Source: Ramazzottius varieornatus
Lineage: Eukaryota; Animalia; Tardigrada
Assembly: GCA_001949185.1 (NCBI GenBank)
Contig: BDGG01000002.1
Span: 3,283,826-3,347,825 of the forward strand
Direction of reading: 5' to 3'
Length of the DNA stretch: 64,000 nt
Shown: in pieces, positions 51,130-64,000 of the stretch
Layout: every line of letters starts with the position of its first letter
Numbering within the stretch: the stretch's first letter is position 1
Translations under genes and position numbers: made by a program
Notes under the pieces: generated by a model
Told to the model about the DNA's origin: nothing
The model's database searches: none
Seen by the model: only the letters and a program-made list of their open reading frames with translations

Positions 51130-54104
51130 CTAGATATCCGGGGGAGGTCGCTGGCGGTAGACGATCACGGGATAGTTGCTAATGAGTTGAGGATCCCCCA
51201 GTACTTTGTCTTCATCAGGAGCTTCGTATGAGTCAGTGTCATTGGAGGATGGCCGAGATCCTGCGATACGCCGATGGTCAAGTGGCCACTCTTTTGATGG
51301 TCTCTCATGACCCAGCTCGTAGGGATTTTGAACAACTGCAAGTGGATCCGCAGTTCGATCCCCGAGTTCCTTTCCGACCTCCAGTGCGCCATCTGCCGGA
51401 GTGAAGCCGTCGTGTTGGTTTAGCGTGCAATAAAAAAGTTCGGCACTTCCTGCTCGACGCGGAAGGGTCACGTTGTTTGTTTGTCAGTACTGTACAAACT
51501 GGTCGGGCGAATAGGATTTTCCGTGCGATCGCCGATCTGAAAGATGAGGTCTTGACACCACAGAGGACATTAACTTTTTCACCGGTGTACTGAACACGCT
51601 TCTTCCCTTGGTGGGTAGTCCTGGAACGCAGAGTCATTTCTCAAACCAACGGAGATACTGTACCGCCTCATCAAACTGGAACCCTTTGCAAACCCGAATT
51701 TCTTTCATGCTTTTTCGGGCGCGAGCGGCGCGACCTCTCAGCTCATTGAATGATAGGCAAGAATCTGGTCCTTCATGATAAAGAACAAAATTCGCCGATT
51801 GCAGAGCCGCACCTTGCTTTTTGTTCTGGTACTTTGCCAATTTTTGGGTTTGACGAAAGGGTCAATCTTTGAGTTCGACGAGGCAATACAGTACAGTACA
51901 GTACAGTCCAGTCGCTCGAGATCCGTACACTGCCTTCCGAATTCATTTTGAGGCCCGCTATACACGCAGCACACAGCATGCCAAGCTTAAGGCCAAAATT
52001 ACATAACCCATGCACTGCACCGTACTTTAACTAGCGTGATCAAGTAATCAAGTCGCTTGTGTTTCGGCTGTGTAGGCATGGCGAGCAGCTTCGTTAACCT
52101 TGCATGATTTTCCCATCTTGAAATCAGAAAAAGGTGTACGGATCTCGAGCGAGTGGACTGTACACCAACAACCGACTTTGATTGCTATCTACTTCTAAAA
52201 CTTAAATTGCGTGCAGAATTCGAAAGCACGAACTAAAGCAATGCTTGAACAGACACCAACCTTCAATCGTCATTCCCATCAGGACGCATTTGTCATACCG
52301 GCACTCTTTGCACAGTGTTCTTGTCTTGATGTTGATTTGGCAGTGCCCGCCTTCGTAGTATTGATATGCCTGCCACACCGGGACCTGGTGGGCAGTGTCC
52401 ACCACTTGTCCCCGCTTGAAAAGTCCCTGCAAAGCAAAAGATGCCAGAGTTCTAAATGAGCGCTTCAAACTACTGTTTCAGATATTTCAAGACCAGGAAG
52501 ACTGACTGGCAAACAGGAAATACAAGATGTCATCTCTGCATTCGCAATCCCAGTAGCAACACAGTCGATCCAAAGACAAAGACCGATTTGAAGACCCATG
52601 GCGCCTCAGGCTTCGGAGTATTCTTTTCGCGATTGTGTGCTACATCAAAGATTTCCTTCTTAACTTTCTCGTACACTGTGTACCACAAGTCTCCGACCCC
52701 CTAGTTCCATATTCAAAAATTCACGTCTTCCGTTCACGCAGCCCGATTTCAAAACCTCCAACTGTCTGTTGGTGTGAAGAGTTCATTCTTTTGGATCACG
52801 TGACTTTTCCCGGACCCGATCAACAAATTAGACGGGTATGGTAGATTTTGCCGACCTCGAAAACCAGCCTGTGTTTTGGAACCTCGAAAACTATTCCGTC
52901 GGTGACGAAACATAAATCTTTGCTCTCGACAGATGTGACTAACACCCAGATGCCGAAATAAAAGAAACGGAGATGATGGGAGTGCCATTGAGGAATGGTG
53001 CTTAGCATACGTACCCGGGACCTATTAAACCAGGTAAAGCATCATCGAACTGTAAAGCATCATCGAATCGCTCACATCTTCGCCTTCTTGCTTTGCAGGA
53101 TAAACATAGCTACCAAATTTACACACACGAAGGTTCGTCCGCCCATGGTCGAAACTACGACACATGCAAGTTTCAAATGTATAATGCAGACTAAAATGGC
53201 ACTTAAGTCGCTGCGCACCACTCCTAGATGGGACATTCAACTGCCTCAGCTTTTTTCTTTCCTTGGTAGCTAAATGTTGGCTACATCTGCTGTGTGCAAA
53301 GATTCCTTTTTCTGTTACCGGCGACATAGTGTGCCGGGGTTCCGAAATCTGCCTAGTGTTGCTGTGTTGTATTTATTAATAGTTATACTCCAGGGTAAAA
53401 CTGATTTACTCTTTTTGTCAGTCACAGTTTTACTCGAGGGAGTAAGACTGAGTGTAAAACTGAAAGCCGAAAGCGAAACTGAGGTTTGGAGTGAATTAGG
53501 AAAGCTGCGAGTGTAACTAAAATCTTAGAACTTAATTGTAAGAGTAAAATCCAAAATCCGGGGAGTAAATTGTGACCGTGAGGGTCAGGAGTAAGACTGA
53601 TTTCGCGAGATTAAACTAAAATGCATGTACTAGAACTTTGGACCATTTCCGCGGACTGCGCGGAAAGTCATATGGTCCAGAGAATAAATCCTCCGCAGCA
53701 TCTTACAGTTCATTGTTTTGAAATCGGGCTGCTGTAACGGAAGATATGAATTTTCGAATGAGGAACTAATAGGGTCAAAGACATGTGGCAGACCATGCAA
53801 GTGAGGCAACCGAAATGGCTAAATCTACACATTGCGGGTCTTTTTTCACCTTGGATATTAACCTTGCCTGAGAGGAAGCAAACCTAGCTTCGCGCGATCA
53901 TGACAAAGGCAACGCATAAACTACAGCTGAGGTCGAGAATCGAGATATTCAACATAGTTTTTCCAACAGTTATGGATATCATAGAGTCAACTGTACATAA
54001 TTGTCAGGTAACCTTACCTCGCAGGCTTCACAGGTAACGGCCCCGTAGTGGTTCCCCGTAACTGGAGCGCCGCACACTTTGCAGACGCCGAAAGGATAAT
54101 CCAT
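51130..54104 (-). pseudogene. Degenerate nuclear hormone receptor (C4 zinc-finger DBD, decayed LBD)
   Basis: MDYPFGVCKVCGAPVTGNHYGAVTCEACE|GLFKR...YQYYEGGHCQINIKTRTLCKECRYDKCVLMGM. The first Cys of finger 2 is Tyr. The downstream region has only short frameshifted ORFs and a MITE. Confidence 0.7.
51902..52162. mobile_element. Tc1/mariner-type MITE (tacagt ends)
   Basis: tacagtccagtcgctcgagatccgtaca / tgtacggatctcgagcgagtggactgta 28-bp TIR, with an adjacent (tacag)n run. Confidence 0.78.
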
Positions 54105-55195
54105 TTGGACGCATTTGGTGGTATCAAAAGTTCACTAGCACCCACTACTTAGGACTTATTTTCGGGTTCCGAAAATGCTGGTATCTGGCATAGAAAATTT
54201 GTAGTACTACAACACCATGCGATACCGGTAAAGAGGTTACAACGCGGTGACGATCTCTTGGAACTCAACGGTTTTGAACCATCCATGAAAGCACAGGTCT
54301 CGTGTACCCACCCGTGTTCTTGATACAGTTCAACGTTGGGCTGTTAGGTTGTTGTTTAGCTGGTTTACTCAAGGTACCAGCTCGCTACGAAAGACAACGC
54401 ATAAAAACCCAAAAAAACATTGCCGCTGCGGTAGGCGTAATGGCCTTCCCGCTGATGCCAAAAAATACCCGGAAGCGACGGTGAATATTGAATGATTCTT
54501 ACATGCTGGCAAGTTGTGGTGGTGGTGGTAATGGCCAGAATTCGGAAGATAAGTGCTGGTGCCGCTACAGCTGCAATGTAGTGCCGAAACAAGAGAAAAT
54601 AGTATTCCAAGAACCGAGAGTTTGCTATCGATACAGTCCCATCGTTCGAAATGCAGGACCTCATTTGACGGTTTCAATTTCAAACGTGGAAAATTAGCCG
54701 GTTTACCGAGGCTGCCGGCGTGCTTCAGCACAGTTGAACGCCTGTGAGTTGATTAGTTGAATACATGGGCAATAGCACCCTGTAAGCATGTAACCTACGT
54801 GTTATATAGTTTCGACCTGCCGCTTGGCATACTCTATCGTAAAAGTATGGCGGGTCTCAAACTGAAATCGTCAAATTAAGTCCCACATTTCGAGCGAGCA
54901 AACTGTATCACTAAAAGTACGCGCTGTGTAGCCTCTAGCACTTGCGCATTTAAAAACTTTAGAACGCCTTTTTCAGTCTGCCCATCGTCCAATGGCTAGA
55001 TGGCTATAGGGGTGGAAAATATTTTGCAGACTCAGATAAGTCGTTGCGGAACCTGAACGGATGTCAGATTGCAGTTCGCCATCGGCCATATTCAATTCTG
55101 TCAAGCAAGGCTGGCTTTTCTGTCAAGTCTGCTTCGAACAGAAACCAGAGTTCACAATGACTAACGACAGACACAGTCCAGTTGCTCCAAATGTG

Positions 55196-55396
55196 TACAC
55201 GCACGACGAGGAATTATGGTACAGTAAGAACTATGGTACAGGCCTTTTCGCTACGGCGGTACGGAAGCACGTACGTACGCGACCGATTCACAGTAATACA
55301 CTTTTCGACACTTTTTAACGGTCGAATTTCCATTTTGCCGTCCCTTCCGCCTGTCCCATAATTCTTACTGTACCATGATTTCTTGTCTTGCGTGTA
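55196..55396. mobile_element. MITE family C copy
   Basis: tacacgcacgacgaggaattatggtacagtaagaa / ttcttactgtaccatgatttcttgtcttgcgtgta. Confidence 0.82.
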
Positions 55397-56243
55397 CTTG
55401 TCGTCGCACCACAGTTTTCGTGACGCTTATAGTAAAATTTTCTAGTTTAGGCTCATGGTTCTGTTTGCTTCTTGTCCACTGGTGACTACTAGAGAATCAA
55501 GACGGTGCTCGGACGATATTATCATGCTGTGAGAAATGTTAGATCGGGAGAAAATGGTGCTTATGGCACGTATAAACTCTTCATCCGTCAAAAGTATTCT
55601 CGCAATTACCGATGATGGATCGCAAACCATGCAATGATCAGAAATCAGTCTGGTCAGACGAGAAAACAGTCTCAGAACTCGGTGATTCCGGTAATACGAC
55701 CTCGACACCCCTCCCACCCCCCTTCTGACGAAATGATCCGACCAGCACGTATATGTTATAATATACGATAAAATATGTAGAACAGATGAGGGGACGGTGA
55801 CATGTAGGCAGATTCCAGACAACACAGAAAGTCTCAGCTGATCCATCCAAACACTATTCTAGCTGCTTCGTGACGGTACGTGCTCCGATGTGCAGGTCGC
55901 CGTCTCGCCTCCGATCTGCTTCGGTGAAACGCGGGCTGGCGTAATGAAGGTGATCCCCTTAGGGCGATCTGCGATCCCTGGCCGTAATTTGAACAGTGTG
56001 TTTTCTCCAGTCGAGGCTTCGTTCCGAAGTACAGCACTGTGATTTTGGCGGTGTAGGAGTGAACTGAAGTGCGACTGTGGCGACGCCCAGCGGAACAGAA
56101 GTTTTGTTGATTGTTGATTCGGTCATCTTGCTGGACAGGAAGCAGATAAGAAAATTTAAGAAAATTTCGACGAGTTTTACCCAGTAATAAACTTCCGTGG
56201 AATCTGGACAAAGAGCTTAGCGAAGAGGATATCTGCGGCTGAG

Positions 56244-57632
56244 ATGGAGTTCGAAGGAAGGACGGTCAAGAAGATCACTGCGGAAGTGCGGCGTCCACAA
56301 GTCAGGCAACCGCCGATCACGCCATGGACGTTCGAGAAGGAGGAACAGCTGATCGACTTGGTTCACCAACATCCTGCGCTGTGGAATCGACTTCATCATT
56401 CTTACTATTCCATCGACAAATCCATGTTATATCTGGACCTGGCTACTCGACTGGGCATAGCAGGTACCGACTCTGTGCAAGACGAACTTTATAGAAGTTT
56501 TTTTATGTTAATGTTGTCGTTGTCCTGTAGCTGAAGCTTGTTTCGGCCCAAACGGAAGATGGAAAAAACTGCGCGATGTTTACAGCCAGAAACTGAAAGA
56601 TGGTACCAGCAGGACTTGGGGACATACAAAAAGCATGAGTTTTTTGGGAGACAACATACGGAACCGACAGTAAGTTCGTGTTTCTAACAAAGAGGCGTAA
56701 TAGCCATTTCCCGGATTACTGGCGCACATCATGTGGTAGTCCACTGGAAATATGCGCCAGCCAGATCGATGATATCCGTGTGTGTGATCAGCTGGCGCAC
56801 GTTATCGGTTTACTAGCATCGCGCACGCGCCAGTCTGTCAGAATCGGCTGTGTCTCCATCGAGCAGCGCGCTTTACCGTGTTCGAGTTCCTTGCATGTGC
56901 GCCACTTGGGATATCTCGTCCTTTTGGGCTAACTGAATTAGTTTCTTGGTCTAGTTATTACTACCGAAGGAACGCAGTGAAAATGGGAGATGATGCTTCA
57001 TCTCTGCAGACACCAAGGGAACGACCGAAACCATCTACGACACGAACGCAAGTGTTGATCGAACCAGAGCAGAATGATGAAGAATTGGAAGCCGACGAAG
57101 ACATTGCGGAAGTGGAGGACTCGTCAGAAGTCTCGCTCGAAGAAGCGGTCCAAGCGAAGAGCCATCCGGACACCTCTTCACTGCCCCAAGTCGAAGTCTC
57201 ACCTTCTAACGTTTCTCGCAATGCTGACGTGGACAATTGCCGTAAGTTCATGGTACCTAATGTAATATCTTGTGTATGTGAATCGAGGTTTCTCCTTCTG
57301 TCGTTGCAGTATTGCTATTGTCTACCCGGCTGAGAGCACTTCCGGAGAGCCTGCAGGATGTCTTCTGGACAGAAACGACAAAGTTTCTGAACGTCCTTGA
57401 AAATCAGTCTCAAGAACAGAACCAACCCCCGCAACTGGTCTTGACTGAACACAGTCCTGCCGCCAAGCTCAGGTAAGACAGAAGAGTAGGTCGTTCTTCC
57501 AAAAGCGATTCGCACCCCAAGCTCGTGTTGAGTTGAGATCTTCAATATCGTTATAGTCGCTTACTGGCCTCTTTACCCGACGGAGTCAGCCTGGACCCGG
57601 CACTGTTACCGGCGTTACTTGGCATCTCTTGA
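56244..57632 (+). CDS. MADF-domain transcription factor with a C-terminal BESS-like motif
   Basis: WTFEKEEQLIDLVHQHPALWN...Y...LATRLG|...RWKKLRDVYSQKL...W...MSFL (MADF), an acidic linker exon, then LLLLSTRLRALPESLQDVFWTETTKFL (BESS-like). The last exon is tentative. Confidence 0.8.
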
Positions 57633-57865
57633 TAGTGTTGTCCTTCTTGTTTCTCTTACGCCACACTTTCCTCAGAGTTTGATCTTTCCTCTCAACTGTA
57701 CATAATTTGAGGTCTTCCGTTTCTTTCTTTTACTTGGCTTAATTGAGAACCCTTGTGTCAACAGCTCTAAGCTAGCGTGATAAAGCCTATGACGCAAAGA
57801 AGGCGTAACAACCAACAGCATAACAATCAACGTTGAAGCGCTGACCGCCAGAACAGCTCTGGGAA

Positions 57866-60800
57866 TTACTTCCTGTAGGCTGGTTCTGTTACGGGCTTCG
57901 GGTAAACAGCGTCTTGCACTGCTTCATGAACCGCTCCCTTGAGCTCCACGGTTTCTCTGGATATTTCTTTCCACGCCGATAAGTCTAACCGTGGAAGGAA
58001 AGGCCCTTTACACGGCACTCTTTCATTCCTAAAGAGCAAAAAGTCTAAGAAATTTCTTCTTCTTTCTTTGGAAGGATGATACTCACACTGAGGGAAGAAC
58101 GTGTAGGAAAGCTTTGGGTTGTATTGTGTCGATATCGTCGGAGTTGTCACAAATTACCCGAGCTATTGAAGTGGCGCGTATGGCGTTTAGCTGATCTATG
58201 GAACAAACATTGTGATTATATTGGGAAAACTCGCAAATCCGTCAGAGTTCGAAGTACCTGGTGTGAAAGCTTGTGGCTGGACGTCATTCTCGTACCAAAA
58301 GCGGTCTCCTCGCTTTAGGTGGACAAACTGTTTCGTAAGGATGCAGGTGAAGGTCGGACCTAAGAGACCGTCATGCAGTGGCTCCTCAGCTATACCAGCC
58401 GGAAACTGGAAAAATTCCACGATGAAACTAGTGTGCAAATAGCTTGATTCAAAAACGAAGGTTCTTACTAAATCGATATCTTCCACATGCCTGAAATCAC
58501 AAATTCAGCTTATCAAATTTCAACATATTTTGCACCACTGTAGAACGGAAAGAACAGGATCCATAAACCCCGGAAATTGTACGCGCCAATTTTCTACGAA
58601 GTTTTCTTACTCGTAAACTGTCTTGAATCTCTCGACGATCTCCGCACGCATGACATCCTTCAAGTCATCAAAAGCATACGCTTTAGGCAAACCACAGAAT
58701 TCCCTCCAAGCATTGTACGGTGGAATACCTGGAAGAAGGGAACTGTTACCTCAGTTTCAAATTCGTGTCAGCATCTCCCCACCGTTACGTACCATGGTCG
58801 CGACCTCGCTGTACATTTATAGCCGCCAAATCCACCCCATGCGTCGGCATAGCCTCAAACAAGTGCTCCGTAACTTCCGACGAGATGAATGTGTCCCTTT
58901 TCTGGACATTATCGTTGATCATACCCAGCAGGTACATGTCGATGATACCGGGCTGGTACAATGGGTACGGCTTGAAGAACGCGTCGCGCAGTTGTTTTTG
59001 CCCAATGTACTCGTGGTACTTGTTGAAAAACCGGAACCAGGACGGAATCAGCGTGTGTCCGAACCTTAGGGCGGCAGTTGCGAACACGTTGGCGATCGTC
59101 GGGTTGATGTTCTTGTCGTACCCACCGTAGTACCCACTGGGTGTCGGAAGCAGGTCGTTCTGATACATCACATCCTTACCTAACAACAAAAGAAGCGTCA
59201 GTAATTGAGAAATAAAAAAGGTAAATTTCCTTTGTCATGTTTAGCTTCTCAGTCAGTTTCCTTACTGTAGAAGGGCTGGACAATTCGGCTAGCAGCCGAA
59301 GAGTTACACTACCCTAAATCTTACCCGGTGAATGCCGGTTCAAAGAGTGTTTTTTCTAAAATATTTCGTACACTTGGGAGACCTCAGTTTTGCCATGACT
59401 AGTGTCTGAACAATCCTTCATCATGGATATGTTTACGGAATTACGGTGGATTTACCGAGGACGAGGGGTAGCCATTCGTTGTACAAGATGTGTTGTAACA
59501 GAGCGCCTACGATTTTTCGCGCTTCCTGGAAGAGCCTCTCGTCGTCCCAATATGGGTTGAGGTAGTACAGTTCGTCGGCTATCCGGTTATGCTCGCGTGT
59601 GAAGATGGTGTGCAGGGTAGCCAGACCGGTGTTCTCGTTGACGCGGCTATCCCCTGCACGGAAACAGGGCAAGGTGGCGTTAGCATCGGGACAGTCGGCG
59701 GTTTCCAAGTCTGGTGGCAGAACATCCTTGTGGCAGTAATCGACAAAGACGGTACGCAGTCGACCGAACTGATACAGTCGAATGTTCTTCATGTCTTCGT
59801 AGGTCGAACCGTAGATCTGGCTACCGTCGAGGAAGCTCGTGAGTTGGTTGACTTGTTCGCGGGGACCTGGAAGCCAAAGAATAACGGTTTTAAGATGGCT
59901 TCGAAGCTGATTTTGCGTGGCCTTACCTAATGTGCAGCCGGGTCGTGGGGCAGCTTCTGACCGGACGAAGTTCATGCACTTGAGGTAGTACTTGGCGTAG
60001 TACGGGTCCGAGGGCGGTATCTCGATGGGAAAACAGGCTGGATGACCAGCCAGACCGTGAGGGATTTCGCAGCATTGGATGTTGCTGGCTTTACCGTACC
60101 CGGTGAGGGTTGTGGAGGGCGTATGGTTGATATCGTGGTCCATAAACTGTGATAAGAATAATGCAGACCGTAGTAAATTGGTAAAGTATTGAGGTTGGCA
60201 ATGTCCGCCAGTTGCCGAAGTCAAGAACATACAAATTGAGCAAGAACATGGAATTGATTCATTAAATCAGGCCAATGTCTTTTATGGTTATAGCTACAGA
60301 AATCTCTTTTTATTGTGGCGGAAACGAAAGTCTTTTTCTTTAGAATGCTTCTATCTTACCATCGAGAAAGGGGGGAACGTACCTGGCCGAAATGCATCAG
60401 CAGCAGAGTGTAATGGCAATGTGGCCGATCGACATCTGGGTGGATGACCGTGGAAATGAGTCGTGCGCTAGGCAGCATACTCCCGCTCAACGCATGAGTC
60501 CTCGGCGAGTCGACACCTGCCAATTCCCAGAGAACAAACATTTCATATATGGGTTTCGGAGACGGCGGGATGTATTGAGGGGAAGTATGGTGTCATACCG
60601 TCGTCGTACAGCGGAGGTAGGAAGCGCTGGAATCCGGTAAAGGAGCGGCCCCACTCAGGGTGGTAGGGGTTATTGCAAAAGCCGTCTATCTCTCGGAAGA
60701 CCGCCGGCTTGCAAGAGCAAGGTGGTATGGGTGGCAGAACACAAACATCGCCAAGGACGGTCCCGTATATACTGATTTGCGGCAGGGCGTACTGTATCTG

Positions 60801-62463
60801 CTCCCGCGACAGCTGGTAACTACAAACAATCGAAATAACGCAGGGTCAGACATCAACAAAATTGTTTACCGGCGAACCATAACTGTCGGTTGCCGCTGAC
60901 CCTCGATCGTCACCGGTCAGTGCTAATGTCTCTGTCTACGAGCGCTTAGTCTATCTTGCAGTGCTGGCGATAACATCGACAACAAGTTCGTGTTTCAAAT
61001 TTAGGGTAACACGACGTCGAAGACGAAGTTGTTTTTGTTTCGCAAAAGCCTTCGCTCAGAACTTTATATCCAGCAAAACAGCATCGTAAAAGAATGGACC
61101 TCCAGACATCAACGATGCAGGAGAGCGTTATCGAAATTCAACAAGCTCATGCGAGGAACAGCGGAAGTGAAACTGCTTCGAGTGTGGCCGCGTTTCGAGA
61201 GAAAGACGGTTCGCTTTTTTATGAATGGTGATTTCGACTTACTCGATAGCGAGACTTCGGGAAAGGTCCACCGCGACCAAGGCGGAACGTGACAGTTGCT
61301 TGGCTCGAGTGTTTGGCCGGCCAAATGACGAGTGCATCGATGCGGAGCCATTAGCCTTTGGTCCTGTATAAGTACGAAGAAAAGATATTGTGCTGCAAGA
61401 AAATAAAAACAATGGAGCTGCTCAGGTGATGAACCTTACCGTGCTTGAGAATTTCCGGTTCGATGCGGTTAAAAAGCTCATCTATCCTTCCTAGACTGAT
61501 CGCAGCCCGCTCTTTCAGTTCCAGCGGAAGCAAAGGCGGAAGGTCCACAGACGAATATTGCGCGTGCGGATACCTGTAAGAAATTCGTGAGACTCAATAC
61601 TCGCTTTGACTTCCACAAAACAGGTACAAAACGAAGTCGACCAGCAGAAAAACAACAACATCAAATTCAAATTCAGAAAACTTTCCCGAGGTCGCCAAAA
61701 AAGCGTTCACGTCTAAAACGTGAACACTGTCGAACATAGACTTTTATGAACCGAGATTTGGGAACTCCATTCGTAACTTCGGAAATTATCGTGCGGGTAA
61801 AGCCACGAGAAGCACTGGACTTTGCCATTGTTCTACGAACCTCTTCATGTAAGACTGTGGCGAGGATGGGTTCGACACTTGCGACAACGGCATGTTGGCT
61901 TCCACCGTGATGTAGTCGATCATACTCCCAGCCGCTTTCAGTTCCGGTATCCCTGCACCTGGAGAATTCACTCCAATAGAGCGAACATTCTGCAACGGCA
62001 TGACCAAAGCGTCCGGCTGGATAACCATACCCGCTACCACATTAATATTATTGGGTTCGGGGATCGCTCTGAGTTTCAGCATACTAGGCTGCTGGGCGAC
62101 CACTGGCTGCTTGGCGGCAACCTTTGGTTGTTGCGGCTGCTGCATCAGGTTCTGGGGCCGGAAGGAACGTGTGTTGGTCTGAGCTGCTGAGCCATTCGTC
62201 GGAAGAGCTTTGGGCAAAGTCTGCAGATTGGCGATGGGCGTTACTGCATGGAAAGGTATCTGGCTCGTCGTGGAACTCCGCGTTGAAGGCGACGGAGAAG
62301 ATGAAGGATAGAAGGAACTAAAAAGCTTGATTCCCGAAAGCGGTAACTTTGTTGTAACATTGCCCTGGGCTGAACTTCCCGACAATAAATTCAGAACGAC
62401 AAAAATATAAATAAACTGGACGGACAAGACCCACGGCGAATATTTCTTCCGGATTTTCGGCAT
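57866..62463 (-). CDS. Animal heme peroxidase (peroxinectin/chorion peroxidase-like), multi-exon
   Basis: Signal peptide, DGFCNN, LPSARLIS, FGQ|FMDHD (distal His), CMNFVRS, REQVNQLTSFLDGSQIYG, AGDSRVNE, FTREHN, ALRFGH (proximal His), NVQRGRDHG and GDRFWYEN. Confidence 0.95.
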
Positions 62464-64000
62464 AGTGGGAACGTCAGAAAAACAAGAAGATTATCGTGTG
62501 CGATGGGAAATTGCGAGACTGAGGCGCCGAATTTCACTCAGTAATGCGAGGGCAGTAACGATCACAGGTTATGGTAGATTTGCTGGGAGACAGTAGCGAT
62601 ATGAATGTCAAGGAATGAACCGACCATGATCCTGACCACGATTAATAATTGGCTAATCTGGTCGCAACAGGGTGCAGACAGAGGGACCAGGTCTGTATGT
62701 GATCTCACAGCTTGGCGGATTACGTCTTGAGGATTGAACTTGGAACTGTGGTACATGTATTTATAAACATCAAAGGTAGCCAGGGGGTACCAGTCAAAGA
62801 TTCAAAAGGTGGATGGACTGATTACACAATCGTACACAGCGTCGCTCTGTATACCGGTCCACTTTACATCAGTCATGGGCAACTGCCAATAATCAACAAT
62901 AACTCGGCACATCTTCACAAACCGGTCACTTCACGAACCCAACAGTGTGGGCCTAACAGTGGTCCTCAGCGTGACCCTTCGTCACTTCCTACACTTCATT
63001 ACAAAAGCACAGTTTCCTGTCAGAGGTTCACCTCCTAGACATCGATCACAAAGTCAGAAAAGATCTTTCCATTTCAAACTCGCGCATGTGAGCATGTTTG
63101 CAGATGACACCGTGCGCGACTTTAGCGTAGAACCCTCTATTTAGTGACACAGTGCGCGAACTAATCTAGTGTCTTCCTACCGACGACGCAGCCGCAGCGC
63201 GCAACTTTGACAGCTACAAACGAACTGACCAGAAAACACAAAATAAGCGGCGCCTAATTATTTCAAAAACTGTGCGTCAGCTGATCGGGGCGGCGAGCCG
63301 GAGGTACTGCATTTTGGCGCACTTTTGGTGACCGGTAACTGTCAAGCGCTTGATCGACAATTCAGTGTCAGACATAAACTTTGTACTACGATCAAAGCGA
63401 TCAACGTAGCGAGAGTGTGTCCTGTTGAAACGGGAACGCTACAGATGAAACTTGATACACTTGAGGAAGAGTGATGCAAAGTGAAGGCCGCTTGGTATGG
63501 CACCAAGCGTTCGTTGCAGAGCGCAACTTCAACGCGGATCCACCAAAGGTAAAGAATGATAGTTACCGGTCAGATAACTTGCATTCAGGGAAATGAGTCA
63601 AATAGCAGTGTCGATCAACGATCATCTTTTACTAACGTAAGTGAACCCAGTTAGACCGTTGTTTACCCATGATGTCATCGCTGAAACCAGCTTCCGCTCT
63701 AAATGTCTAGGATCCAGAACCTTCTGATCTGAAAACGTTCTATACTCATACCGTGTATATCGTTCTGAAAACATGAGCACGAATTTTCTTTTGGAATTTC
63801 GATCATTCCTTCAAGAAACTTGACGTTTCGGGAAAACTCAGCGTGTGGCCTTAAAATGTCGTCTGGCCACTTGGTCATTTTGGATTTTCACACGCGGCGG
63901 TACAGTTTTAGAGTGTCATTGACAAGCGCCAATCGAGAAGCCAGAGGAGGCCTCTCATAACATTTCAATAGCCGTCCGATTATCAAATTAATGCAAAGTG

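Noticed and set aside
61820-61850. Possible fourth GC donor in peroxidase exon 1
   Set aside because: A canonical phase-2 donor (aagag|gttcgt) explains the junction.
1-64000. CRISPR arrays, rRNA/tRNA genes, bacterial operons or horizontally acquired genes
   Set aside because: No regularly spaced repeat-spacer arrays or RNA gene signatures were seen. The intact genes have spliceosomal introns and animal-type sequences, including PLPBP.

Overview
Eukaryotic, intron-rich animal DNA with a compact layout and mostly 55-100 nt introns. Gene content and style suggest a tardigrade such as Ramazzottius (inference, not verified). Apparently intact genes: PLPBP/PROSC, GOLGA7, MPPE1/PGAP5, an astacin-fold pseudo-protease with a mucin-like tail, a PAR/CES-2-type bZIP factor, a receptor guanylate cyclase, an SLC16 monocarboxylate transporter, an NFAT5-like Rel-homology factor, a clip-type serine protease homolog, a MADF-BESS factor and a heme peroxidase. 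Damaged copies: a second tandem NFAT5-like paralog, a class A GPCR, an ANF-receptor-like gene and a nuclear receptor. The window is dense in DNA-transposon derivatives (a pogo-like element, an hAT fragment and about nine MITE families, some nested) and has one 50-N assembly gap. Most notable: the tandem divergent NFAT5-like pair, two secreted pseudo-proteases, three GC-AG introns, and an hAT MITE whose target-site duplication overlaps a GC splice donor. All exon structures were read by eye from homology and splice signals, so boundaries are approximate.
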